Below are positions 35,118 to 43,127 of a DNA stretch of 64,000 nt, in pieces. A program made the translations under genes and the position numbers. The notes under the pieces were generated by a model. The model saw only the letters and a program-made list of their open reading frames with translations. It had not been told where the DNA came from and did no database searches. The stretch covers positions 64,001-128,000 of the forward strand of contig JAZDJU010000037.1 of NCBI GenBank assembly GCA_043803685.1. Direction: 5' to 3'. Origin of the DNA: Candidatus Omnitrophota bacterium. Lineage in GTDB: Bacteria > Omnitrophota > Omnitrophia > Omnitrophales > Aquincolibacteriaceae. Every line of letters starts with the position of its first letter. Within the stretch, counting starts at the first letter, position 1.

Positions 35118-36064
35118 CCGCAGACTGGTGGGTCTACTCCGTTCTGAGGCTTCCGCACGACACGCTCAGGGCCGAGGCCCTTTCCTTTTTCATCTACGAT
35201 TCCCTCAAAATTCTCATTCTGCTCTTCGTCATGATCGCGGGGATCGGCTTCCTCCGAACATTTCTTCCTCACGAAAGGATCAAGGGATGGCTGGAAAAAA
35301 AGACGGGGTGGGGGAATTTCCTGGCCGCTCTTTTCGGGGCCGTCACTCCGTTCTGTTCATGTTCCTCGATCCCGATCTTCCTGGGATTCATCAAGGCCGG
35401 GATCCCTCTGGGGATCACGTTCTCGTTCTTGATCACTTCCCCGCTGATCAATGAATACCTGGTGGTGGTCATGCTCGGTTTTTTCGGATGGAAGATCACG
35501 GCGGTTTATATCCTGAGCGGCATGTTCCTCGGGACCGTGTGCGGCATACTGCTCGGAAAAATGAAGCTCGAGGCCCATCTGGTGAATGATATACGGCCCG
35601 CCGACGGCCCGGTCGAGGCCTATCCGAATTCCACCGGTTTCGGATCGAGGATCGCCTTCGGGATCGGCGAGGCCGTCTCGGTCATCAAAAAACTCTGGCT
35701 TTGGATATTGATCGGGGTCGGGATCGGCGCCGTCATCCATAACTATGTCCCGGAAACCACGATCCAGAACTTGATCAGCAAGACCGGCGTTTTTTCCGTT
35801 CCCCTCGCGACCTTGCTCGGCGTCCCGATGTACGGAAGCTGCGCGGCGATCGTTCCGATCGCGGTCGTTCTCTTTCAAAAAGGTGTTCCGCTCGGCACCG
35901 CGCTCGCGTTCATGATGGCGGTTTCAGCCCTGAGCCTTCCCGAGGCCGTGATGCTCCGCCGGGCCATGAAACTGCCGCTCATCATGATCTTTTTCGGTAT
36001 CACGACGGCGGGGATCATTCTCACGGGTTATCTTATTAATGCCCTGCAACCGTTCCTGACCTGA
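35105..36064 (+). CDS. ArsP/DUF318-family permease
   Basis: TPFCSCSSIP motif, FLITSPLINE, GTALAFMMAVSALSLPE. Confidence 0.88.
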   Translation: MLRVAADWWVYSVLRLPHDTLRAEALSFFIYDSLKILILLFVMIAGIGFLRTFLPHERIKGWLEKKTGWGNFLAALFGAVTPFCSCSSIPIFLGFIKAGIPLGITFSFLITSPLINEYLVVVMLGFFGWKITAVYILSGMFLGTVCGILLGKMKLEAHLVNDIRPADGPVEAYPNSTGFGSRIAFGIGEAVSVIKKLWLWILIGVGIGAVIHNYVPETTIQNLISKTGVFSVPLATLLGVPMYGSCAAIVPIAVVLFQKGVPLGTALAFMMAVSALSLPEAVMLRRAMKLPLIMIFFGITTAGIILTGYLINALQPFLT

Positions 36065-36068
36065 ACCC

Positions 36069-36803
36069 ATGACGCATTCTCCTTACACCCAATGCCCGGT
36101 GCTCTTTGAAGACGCGGACCTTCTCGTCATCAACAAACCCGAAGGGGTTCTATCGCACCCGAATCCGGGAGGCAAAGGTCCCGGCGCGGCTTTCGAAGGT
36201 CCTTATGATCTCGGAGACAGGCGTTTTCAGACCCCCGGAGGTCCCCTCTGGTTGATCCACCGCTTGGATCAGGATACGTCCGGAACCCTTCTCGCCGCGA
36301 AAAACAAGAAAAGCGCCGCGGCCTGCCGTAACGCTTTTGACAAAAGAGAGGTCAAAAAAAATTACGTCGCCCTGGTCTCCAGGAAACCGATGCCACCCCA
36401 CGGGATTTGGCGCGATACCCTCATGGAACAGCGATCCTCCGGCGGCGTCCGTTCGGCGATCAATTACGCGGGAAAGCCCAACGCTTTTTTGAATTACAAA
36501 ATGAAGGAACATTTTCCGAAATATAATCTCTCGCTCCTCGAGATCGAACTGTTGACCGGAAAAACGCACCAGATCCGTGTGCAGTCGACCTACCGCGGTC
36601 ATCCCGTAGCCGGCGACCGGATCTACGGAAATTTCACTCTGAACAAGGAATTGCGACAGGCGCTGGATCTTCACCGGATGTTCCTTCATGCCTGGCGGCT
36701 AGCCCTTCCTCATCCGGCAAGCGGCAAACTTCTCACAATCGAATCCCCGCTTCCCGAGGACCTTGAAGACTGCCTTCTCAGGGTCTCTTCCTCGAAACGA
36801 TGA
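36069..36803 (+). CDS. RluA-family pseudouridine synthase
   Basis: INKPEG, HRLDQDTSG (catalytic Asp), TGKTHQIRV and LHAWRL motifs. Confidence 0.93.
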   Translation: MTHSPYTQCPVLFEDADLLVINKPEGVLSHPNPGGKGPGAAFEGPYDLGDRRFQTPGGPLWLIHRLDQDTSGTLLAAKNKKSAAACRNAFDKREVKKNYVALVSRKPMPPHGIWRDTLMEQRSSGGVRSAINYAGKPNAFLNYKMKEHFPKYNLSLLEIELLTGKTHQIRVQSTYRGHPVAGDRIYGNFTLNKELRQALDLHRMFLHAWRLALPHPASGKLLTIESPLPEDLEDCLLRVSSSKR

Positions 36804-38440
36804 AGGTCCTGCTTTTACAGCCTCCGGTTCAGGACTTCTATAATACGGACATCCGTCTGCAACCAATCGGTCTGGCGTATCTCAAGGCCGCCGCCAAAAA
36901 ACATCTTCCGGACGTTCACGTCACGATCAAGGACTATCACCACGGGTGGGGCCGAAGAACGATCGCGCTTCCCCGGGAACTCGCCTACTTAAAAGATTTT
37001 TACGCCAAGGACGACAAAAGCCCGTTCTCGACCTTCCATCATTATTATCATTTCGGCGTGGACTTTGAGACGGTCGCCCGAGAGGTCGCGAAAGCGAAGC
37101 CCGATCTCGTAGGTATCGCTGCCCTTTTCGCCCCTTATCACCGCGAGGTTCTCCGCTGCGCGGAAGCTATTAAAAAACTCTGCCAGGTCCCCATTCTGCT
37201 CGGAGGCAGCCAGGTCTCCGCCATGCCTGAACACATGCTTGAGCATCCTGCGGTCGATTTCGTGATCCAGGGCGAGGGCGAAAAACCGTTCGTGGAACTT
37301 TTGAAGGCGCTAAAAAAGGGCGGGAATCCCAAGAAAGTGCAAAATCTTGGATACAAAAAACGCGAGCAACTGTTCTTAAATCCCCGGGAGGAGAACTATC
37401 CGGTCGAGAGCCTACCTTTTCCCGATCTCACCGACCTGCCTCAAAGTCATTATCTCTTCGAAAAAAAACCTCTTTGCTTCATCATCACTTCCCGCGGCTG
37501 TCCCTACCGCTGCGCCTTCTGTTCCGTCCATAAAACATTCGGGCACAAATGCCGCCGCCGTTCCGCGAAGAACATTCTGGCCGAGATCAAACAACGTTAC
37601 GCCGAGGGCTACCGTGTCTTTGACTTTGAGGATGATAATCTCACGTTCGACCGGAATGAAATGACGGCTCTTTGCCAAGAACTCATCCGGTTATTCCCCC
37701 AAAAGGATATCCAGCTGCTTGCGATGAATGGCGTCTGCTACTGGACGCTCGACCGCACGATCCTCAAGCTCATGCGACAGGCGGGATTCACGCACCTGAA
37801 CCTTTCGCTCGTAAGCACGAACACCCAACTGCTCAAAACAGTCCAGAGGCCCGCCCCGCTCAAAAAATACCGCGAGGTGATCGGTCACGCGACCGCGCTT
37901 GGTTTCAAAACCGTTGCTTACCAGATCCTCGGTCTTCCGGGAGACACGCTCGCTTCGATGATCCGGACACTTATCTTTAATGCGGGACTTCCCGTGCTCT
38001 TGGGAGCCTCTCCCTTCTATCTCATTCCCCGTTCTCCCATCGCGCGGCACTTCGACGAGCCGTCGGAGGCGGATATCTACAAAGCTCGCCTGACAGCGAT
38101 GGCCGTTGAAACAAAGGATTTCAAACGCGAGGACCTTTACACGCTCCTTATCACGACCCGCATTTTGAATTTCTTCAAAGGTCTGCCCCTTGCCGGAAGA
38201 TCCGTGCCTCTCTCCAAGGCCCTCGCGATCGCCGAAATGCAGGACAAGCGGTCAGCGACAGGCGCTGAGATTCTGAAGAGACTTCTAAAAGAAAAGGTTC
38301 TCTATGCGGCGACCTCCAAAGGCCTGGAGCCTCTTCCGCGTTTCCGGCCGGAACTTTTCTTCCGGCTGTGGCATAAGCTTGATATTATAAAAACTCAGTC
38401 CATGATCTCGATCCAAATTAAGGGAGGCCTGCGATGCTGA
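36800..38440 (+). CDS. B12-binding domain radical SAM protein
   Basis: N-terminal cobalamin-binding-like domain (PIGLAYL, PDLVGI, DFVIQGEGE); SRGCPYRCAFC CxxxCxxC; FEDDN. Confidence 0.9.
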   Translation: MKVLLLQPPVQDFYNTDIRLQPIGLAYLKAAAKKHLPDVHVTIKDYHHGWGRRTIALPRELAYLKDFYAKDDKSPFSTFHHYYHFGVDFETVAREVAKAKPDLVGIAALFAPYHREVLRCAEAIKKLCQVPILLGGSQVSAMPEHMLEHPAVDFVIQGEGEKPFVELLKALKKGGNPKKVQNLGYKKREQLFLNPREENYPVESLPFPDLTDLPQSHYLFEKKPLCFIITSRGCPYRCAFCSVHKTFGHKCRRRSAKNILAEIKQRYAEGYRVFDFEDDNLTFDRNEMTALCQELIRLFPQKDIQLLAMNGVCYWTLDRTILKLMRQAGFTHLNLSLVSTNTQLLKTVQRPAPLKKYREVIGHATALGFKTVAYQILGLPGDTLASMIRTLIFNAGLPVLLGASPFYLIPRSPIARHFDEPSEADIYKARLTAMAVETKDFKREDLYTLLITTRILNFFKGLPLAGRSVPLSKALAIAEMQDKRSATGAEILKRLLKEKVLYAATSKGLEPLPRFRPELFFRLWHKLDIIKTQSMISIQIKGGLRC

Positions 38441-38898
38441 TCAAGCTCATGTTTTGTGTCCTTTTATGTCTTTCGGCCGGCGGCATCGGATCCGCCTTTA
38501 CCGCGTCCGCGATCCCCGGGTGGTACGCCACGCTCCAGAAGCCATTTTTCTCACCGCCCAATTGGATATTCGCTCCCGTTTGGACGCTCCTTTATATCCT
38601 GATGGGCATTGCGGCCGCGCTTGTCTGGAAAAAAGGGCTCCGGGCCCCCCAGGTCCGCACAGCACTCGTGATTTTTCTCGTTCAGCTCACGCTGAACACG
38701 GTCTGGTCGGTCCTTTTCTTCGGTCTCCGGTCGCCCCTGCTCGGGCTCATCGATATTCTGTTCCTTTGGGTCGCGATCTTGGTTACAATAGCGCGTTTTT
38801 CCAGGGTCTCGGTCCCGGCCGCCTTGCTCCTCATTCCCTATATACTTTGGGTAACTTTTGCGAGTGGGCTTAACTTTGGGATCTTTCTTTTAAACTGA
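38434..38898 (+). CDS. tspO: TspO/MBR family protein
   Basis: WYATLQKPFFSPPNWIFAPVWTLLY, LNTVWS.LFF and PYILWVTFA motifs. Confidence 0.93.
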   Translation: MLIKLMFCVLLCLSAGGIGSAFTASAIPGWYATLQKPFFSPPNWIFAPVWTLLYILMGIAAALVWKKGLRAPQVRTALVIFLVQLTLNTVWSVLFFGLRSPLLGLIDILFLWVAILVTIARFSRVSVPAALLLIPYILWVTFASGLNFGIFLLN

Positions 38899-38907
38899 CA
38901 AGAACAT

Positions 38908-38957
38908 CGGGAAACGTTGAACGTGGAACGCAGAGAAATTCCGTTACCCGTCCCCCG
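38908..38957. repeat. Heptamer-array inverted repeat element (short)
   Basis: cgggaaa/cgttgaa/cgtggaa ... ttacccg/tcccccg. Confidence 0.55.
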
Positions 38958-38975
38958 AGGAAACGGTATTTAAAC

Positions 38976-39605
38976 ATGGAATGGTTGCAGGAATTTTTTT
39001 CGCGGCTTTATAACTTCCAGGAACTTATCCGCTGGGGCGGCTATCTTGGCCTCGTGATCATCATCTACGCCGAAACAGGACTGCTGGCCGGCTTCTTTCT
39101 TCCCGGCGATTCCCTGCTCGTCACCGCCGGCCTCTTCGCGGCGGTGGACGGAGCCTTGAACATCTGGATCCTCATCCCGCTTTTGTCGGCGGCCGCCATT
39201 GTCGGCGACAGCACCGGTTACTGGGTCGGATATCACTTCGGCCCGAGGCTTTTCAGCCGCACCGATTCTTTTTTCTTTCACAAAGACCATTTGGCCCGGA
39301 CGCAGAAATTTTATGATAAATACGGGCCTAAAACGATCGTGCTCGCCCGTTTCGTCCCGATCGTCAGGACCTTTGCCCCTACGGTCACGGGCGTCGGGAA
39401 AATGGCCTACGGAAAATTCCTTTTTTATAATGTCGCGGGCGGCATCCTCTGGATCGCCAGCATGACGCTCCTGGGGTTCTTTCTCGGGAAACAGATCCCC
39501 CACATCGAAAAGAACGTTCACTACGTCATTGCCGTCGTGATCATCCTGTCGGTCCTGCCGATCCTCAGGGAATGGCTCCATTCGAGGAAAAAGCCTCAGC
39601 CATGA
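38976..39605 (+). CDS. DedA family (VTT domain) membrane protein
   Basis: ETGLLAGFFLPGDSLL and ARFVPIVRTFAP motifs. Confidence 0.95.
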   Translation: MEWLQEFFSRLYNFQELIRWGGYLGLVIIIYAETGLLAGFFLPGDSLLVTAGLFAAVDGALNIWILIPLLSAAAIVGDSTGYWVGYHFGPRLFSRTDSFFFHKDHLARTQKFYDKYGPKTIVLARFVPIVRTFAPTVTGVGKMAYGKFLFYNVAGGILWIASMTLLGFFLGKQIPHIEKNVHYVIAVVIILSVLPILREWLHSRKKPQP

Positions 39606-39937
39606 AAGTTTGGACCGTCGCGCTTCTGATCGTTTCCAATATTTTCATGACGGCAGCGTGGTACGGGCATCTGCGTTTTAAAAATACAGCTCTTTGGACC
39701 GTCATTCTCGTTAGCTGGCTGATCGCCTTCGTGGAATACTGCTTCCAGGTGCCCGCCAACAGGATCGGGTCCTACCATTTCTCGACGGCGGAACTCAAAA
39801 CGATCCAGGAAGTGATCACGCTCGTGGTATTCTGCGGTTTTTCTGTTCTTTATCTCAAAGAAGAATTAAAATGGAACTATCTCGTGGGCTTCGGTTTCAT
39901 GATCGTCGCTGTCTTCTTTGTCTTTAAAAAGTGGTAA
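39602..39937 (+). CDS. DMT family protein (DUF486-like)
   Basis: SNIFMTAAWYGHL, EYCFQVPANRIG and LKTIQEVITL motifs; ATG overlaps the DedA stop. Confidence 0.88.
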   Translation: MKVWTVALLIVSNIFMTAAWYGHLRFKNTALWTVILVSWLIAFVEYCFQVPANRIGSYHFSTAELKTIQEVITLVVFCGFSVLYLKEELKWNYLVGFGFMIVAVFFVFKKW

Positions 39938-39960
39938 TCCGGATAACTTGAAAGGTCTTT

Positions 39961-40707
39961 ATGGCTCTCAAAGAAACTTATGAAAAACAGGGCGCGTTCC
40001 TTTTCCGCCACCGAAGCTATCTCCCGCTCCTCGTCGCGCCTCTTGTCGTAGTCGCCTTCTTAAGCCCGTCCTATACTCATCCGCTCTTTAGCGGGTTCGC
40101 CGGCGGCCTCTGGAAAACCATCTGCATCCTGGTTTCCTTCGCGGGACTCCTCGTCCGCTGCCTTGTGGCCGGCTACGTGCCGCGCGGCACCTCCGGGCGC
40201 AACACGCAGACCCAGGTCGCGGAAAGCCTGAACACCCTGGGCCTTTATTCGATGGTCCGGAACCCGCTCTATCTCGGCAACTTCCTCATCATCCTGGGAC
40301 TTCTGCTCTTGATCCAGGTTTGGTGGTTCACACTCGCCGGAGTCCTCATTTTCTGGATCTTTTACGAGCGCATCATCTTTACGGAAGAAGAATTCCTCCG
40401 CCAAAAGTTTGGCGCCACGTTCGTGGAATGGTCCATGAAGACGCCTGTCTTCATCCCCAAATTCTCGAACTGGCAGAAACCGGCGCTCCCTTACGCGTGG
40501 AAGACCGTCCTGCGACGTGAACACTCCACGCAGTTCGGAATGATCTCTTCTCTCACGCTTCTCGGGATCGCCTCCGACCTGTTCACGAAGCCTGATCACA
40601 AGATCGCAACTTTCTGGTGGATCTTTTGGGGAACTTCCCTTTTGGTTTATGTCGTCTTCCGTTTTCTGAAGAAGAAGACCCACGTTCTTGATCTGGAAGG
40701 AAGATAA
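39961..40707 (+). CDS. ICMT/PEMT-family membrane methyltransferase, LmtA-like (lipid A 1-phosphate O-methyltransferase)
   Basis: G.FLFR.RSY, GTSGRNT..QVA, GLYSMVRNPLYLGNF and EEEFLRQKFG motifs. Confidence 0.75.
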   Translation: MALKETYEKQGAFLFRHRSYLPLLVAPLVVVAFLSPSYTHPLFSGFAGGLWKTICILVSFAGLLVRCLVAGYVPRGTSGRNTQTQVAESLNTLGLYSMVRNPLYLGNFLIILGLLLLIQVWWFTLAGVLIFWIFYERIIFTEEEFLRQKFGATFVEWSMKTPVFIPKFSNWQKPALPYAWKTVLRREHSTQFGMISSLTLLGIASDLFTKPDHKIATFWWIFWGTSLLVYVVFRFLKKKTHVLDLEGR

Positions 40708-40720
40708 CTTCCTTTAAAGA

Positions 40721-40774
40721 GGAAGCGTGGAACGGTTCTCGGGGAACGGATCGTTCTACGCGGCACGTTCCCCG
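40721..40774. repeat. Heptamer-array inverted repeat element (degenerate)
   Basis: ggaagcg/tggaacg/gttctcg/gggaacg ... cgttcta/cgcggca/cgttccc. Confidence 0.55.
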
Positions 40775-40793
40775 GCCTTTCAGGAGGTGCTCT

Positions 40794-41360
40794 ATGAAAA
40801 AATCGCTCGGTGCAAGAACGCTCCTTTTCCCCACGCCGGTCCTGATCGTCGGCTCCTATGACGCGAAGGGCGTCCCTAACGCCATGAATGCGGCCTGGGG
40901 CGGCATCGCCAGTTCGGAACCGCCTTCCGTCACGGTCTCAATTCGCAAGAGCCGGAAAACCTACGAGAACATCCTGCTGACCAAGGCCTTCACCGTGAGC
41001 ATCCCCTCCGAGAAATATATGAAAGAGGCGGATTATCTCGGGATCGTTTCCGGCAAGACCGAGGACAAGTTCAAAGCCACGGGCCTTACGCCCGTTAAAA
41101 GCGACCTTGTGAACGCCCCGTACGTCGCGGAATTCCCGCTTGTGCTCGAATGCGTCCTTAAAGAGACCCATGATCTCGGCGCCCACATACAATTTATCGG
41201 GGAGATCAAGGACGTGAAAGGGGACGAGACGGTCCTGAACGCTAAAGGATTCCCAGACCCTGAAAAGATGAAAGCGTTCATGTTCGACCCTTGCACGGGC
41301 GCTTATTACGCGACCGGAAGATTTCTCGGACAAGCGTTCACCGCAACAAAGAAATCCTAG
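40794..41360 (+). CDS. Flavin reductase-like (flavoredoxin) protein
   Basis: PTPVLIVGSYD..G.PNAM, AFTVSIP, NAPYVAEFPLVLEC and H..FIGEI motifs. Confidence 0.92.
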   Translation: MKKSLGARTLLFPTPVLIVGSYDAKGVPNAMNAAWGGIASSEPPSVTVSIRKSRKTYENILLTKAFTVSIPSEKYMKEADYLGIVSGKTEDKFKATGLTPVKSDLVNAPYVAEFPLVLECVLKETHDLGAHIQFIGEIKDVKGDETVLNAKGFPDPEKMKAFMFDPCTGAYYATGRFLGQAFTATKKS

Positions 41361-41373
41361 GACAACCATTCCT

Positions 41374-41748
41374 ATGACGAAATGGATCGGATTGGCGGCA
41401 GGTGGTATTCTCGGAACTTTCGCCCGCTATTTTCTTTCGGGGGCCGTACATCGTGCTTTCGGGCCCTCCTTCCCCCTGGGCACTCTCATCGTGAATCTCG
41501 TGGGATGCTTCGCGGTCGGGTTCCTAGCTGTTCTCGCGGAAGAAAAATTCCTGCTGGGACCGGCGGCCCGCGTCTTCCTGATGATCGGCTTTTGCGGCGC
41601 CTTCACGACCTTTTCAAGCCTGATCCTTGAGACGTCCAATCTTGCCAAAGCGGGTGAGAATCTTTTCGCTTTTATGAATATCGTAGTGAGCGTGATCCTG
41701 GGCCTTCTGGTCTTCCGCCTGGGCGTCATGCTTGCACGATCGATCTGA
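41374..41748 (+). CDS. crcB: Fluoride efflux channel CrcB/FluC
   Basis: GG.LG...RY, FPLGTLIVN and GFCGAFTTFS motifs. Confidence 0.96.
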   Translation: MTKWIGLAAGGILGTFARYFLSGAVHRAFGPSFPLGTLIVNLVGCFAVGFLAVLAEEKFLLGPAARVFLMIGFCGAFTTFSSLILETSNLAKAGENLFAFMNIVVSVILGLLVFRLGVMLARSI

Positions 41749-41766
41749 TCTAAACCGGAGGCATTC

Positions 41767-42099
41767 ATGAAAATACCAGAGGACGGAAAGCTTTTAAGGG
41801 TCTTCATCGGCGAAGCGGATAAATGGCAGGGACAGCCACTTTATGAGGCGATTGTGCTTCTGGCCAAAAAGGAAGGCATGGCGGGAGCCACGGCTATTAA
41901 GGGTTTCATGGGCTTCGGCTGTAAGAGCCACATGCACACGACCAAGATCCTGCGCCTGTCCGAAGACCTTCCCATCGTGATTGAGATCGTCGACAGCGAG
42001 GAAAAGATCGCGAAGTTCCTTCCGCTCCTCGACCCGATGGTAAAAGAAGGCCTCGTGACCCTCGAAAAAGCGAACGTCCTTCTTTACCGCGCGGGGTGA
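41767..42099 (+). CDS. DUF190 (PII-like) protein
   Basis: LRVFIGEAD, GATAIKG.MGFG and LSEDLPIVIEIVD motifs; usual crcB neighbour. Confidence 0.92.
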   Translation: MKIPEDGKLLRVFIGEADKWQGQPLYEAIVLLAKKEGMAGATAIKGFMGFGCKSHMHTTKILRLSEDLPIVIEIVDSEEKIAKFLPLLDPMVKEGLVTLEKANVLLYRAG

Positions 42100-42710
42100 T
42101 TGTCCCCCGAGCGCTTCGAGAGATTCCGGCGAATGGATTCCCGGAGAGAATAAAGACAGCCGCAGTAATTCTGGCGATAAAGACCTTCCTCTTTGCTAAT
42201 CCGTTCCATCCCCTCCTGACCGCCGCCGAGCCGCCAGTTATGCTCCCAGTAAATTAGCCCGGGAAACAGAGAGGCGGCGCGCCGTCCCGCGCGATTCACC
42301 TGCTCGAGATCCTTCCAACGGGAAATGCCGAGACTGGTCGCGAAAACCTTAAAACCGTTCGACGTCGCATAGGCCGCGGTCTTCCCGAGACGCATCTCAA
42401 AGCAGATCGTGCAGCGTCTTCCCCGTTCCGCTTCCTCCTCATGACCTTCCACGGCCTGGAGCCACCCATCAACCTCATAGTCCGCATCAACGAACGGGAT
42501 CTTCATTTTCTGGGCGTAACGGATCACTTCTCTCTTGCGATGCTCGTACTCCTCCGGCGGATTGATGTTGGGATTGTAGAAATAGACCGTGGGCGTGATC
42601 CTGCTCTCGATCATGCGCTGGAGGATCGAACAGGAGCAGGGCGCGCAGCACGTGTGAAGCAGGACTTTCTTTTCGTTCTGGGGCGCTTGCAATTTCGGAA
42701 AGTCTGTCAT
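42084..42710 (-). CDS. queH: Epoxyqueuosine reductase QueH
   Basis: LLHTCCAPCS, YNPNI.P..EY, RC..CF..RL and YRQNYCGC.YS motifs. Confidence 0.94.
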   Translation of the reverse strand: MTDFPKLQAPQNEKKVLLHTCCAPCSCSILQRMIESRITPTVYFYNPNINPPEEYEHRKREVIRYAQKMKIPFVDADYEVDGWLQAVEGHEEEAERGRRCTICFEMRLGKTAAYATSNGFKVFATSLGISRWKDLEQVNRAGRRAASLFPGLIYWEHNWRLGGGQEGMERISKEEGLYRQNYCGCLYSLRESIRRNLSKRSGDNHPAR

Positions 42711-42735
42711 AAGGAACGCCCCGGAAGGCGCGGGA

Positions 42736-42993
42736 TCACAGGATCCCGGCGATGGGAATAGCTTCGTCGATCAACATCAGCGGGATGTCCTGCCGGATCG
42801 CGTAGAGATACTTTTTATCCGCGCGGACAAGCCCACCTTCGATCTTCTGAGTAATGGCCGCGCCGCCCCGGTTCTTAAGCTCGCCCCGGGCGATCTTTTG
42901 ATTGATCTTCTCGACGAGAGACGCGTCGGCCACAGCAAGTTCCTGCTTCGTTTCGGGACAGCACAGAATGGAGATCAAGTCGCTAGATAACAT
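42736..42993 (-). CDS. Trm112-family protein
   Basis: ILCCPETKQ.L and Y.IRQDIPLMLIDEAI motifs. Confidence 0.88.
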   Translation of the reverse strand: MLSSDLISILCCPETKQELAVADASLVEKINQKIARGELKNRGGAAITQKIEGGLVRADKKYLYAIRQDIPLMLIDEAIPIAGIL

Positions 42994-43127
42994 AGTCCCT
43001 AGACCTTTCGGTTTTTAAAATGTGAAGTTCGCATTAACGGCGGCATTATACAGAAAAAATCGACTGGGGGAAACGGGTAACGGTGAACGATCTAGCTTTA
43101 CGTTCAGCGCGACACGTTTCCCGAGCT

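Noticed and set aside
40708..41373. Fluoride riboswitch upstream of crcB or the flavin reductase gene
   Set aside because: No GGCGATGG-type consensus found by eye; the spacer holds a heptamer palindrome instead. An Rfam scan would be decisive.
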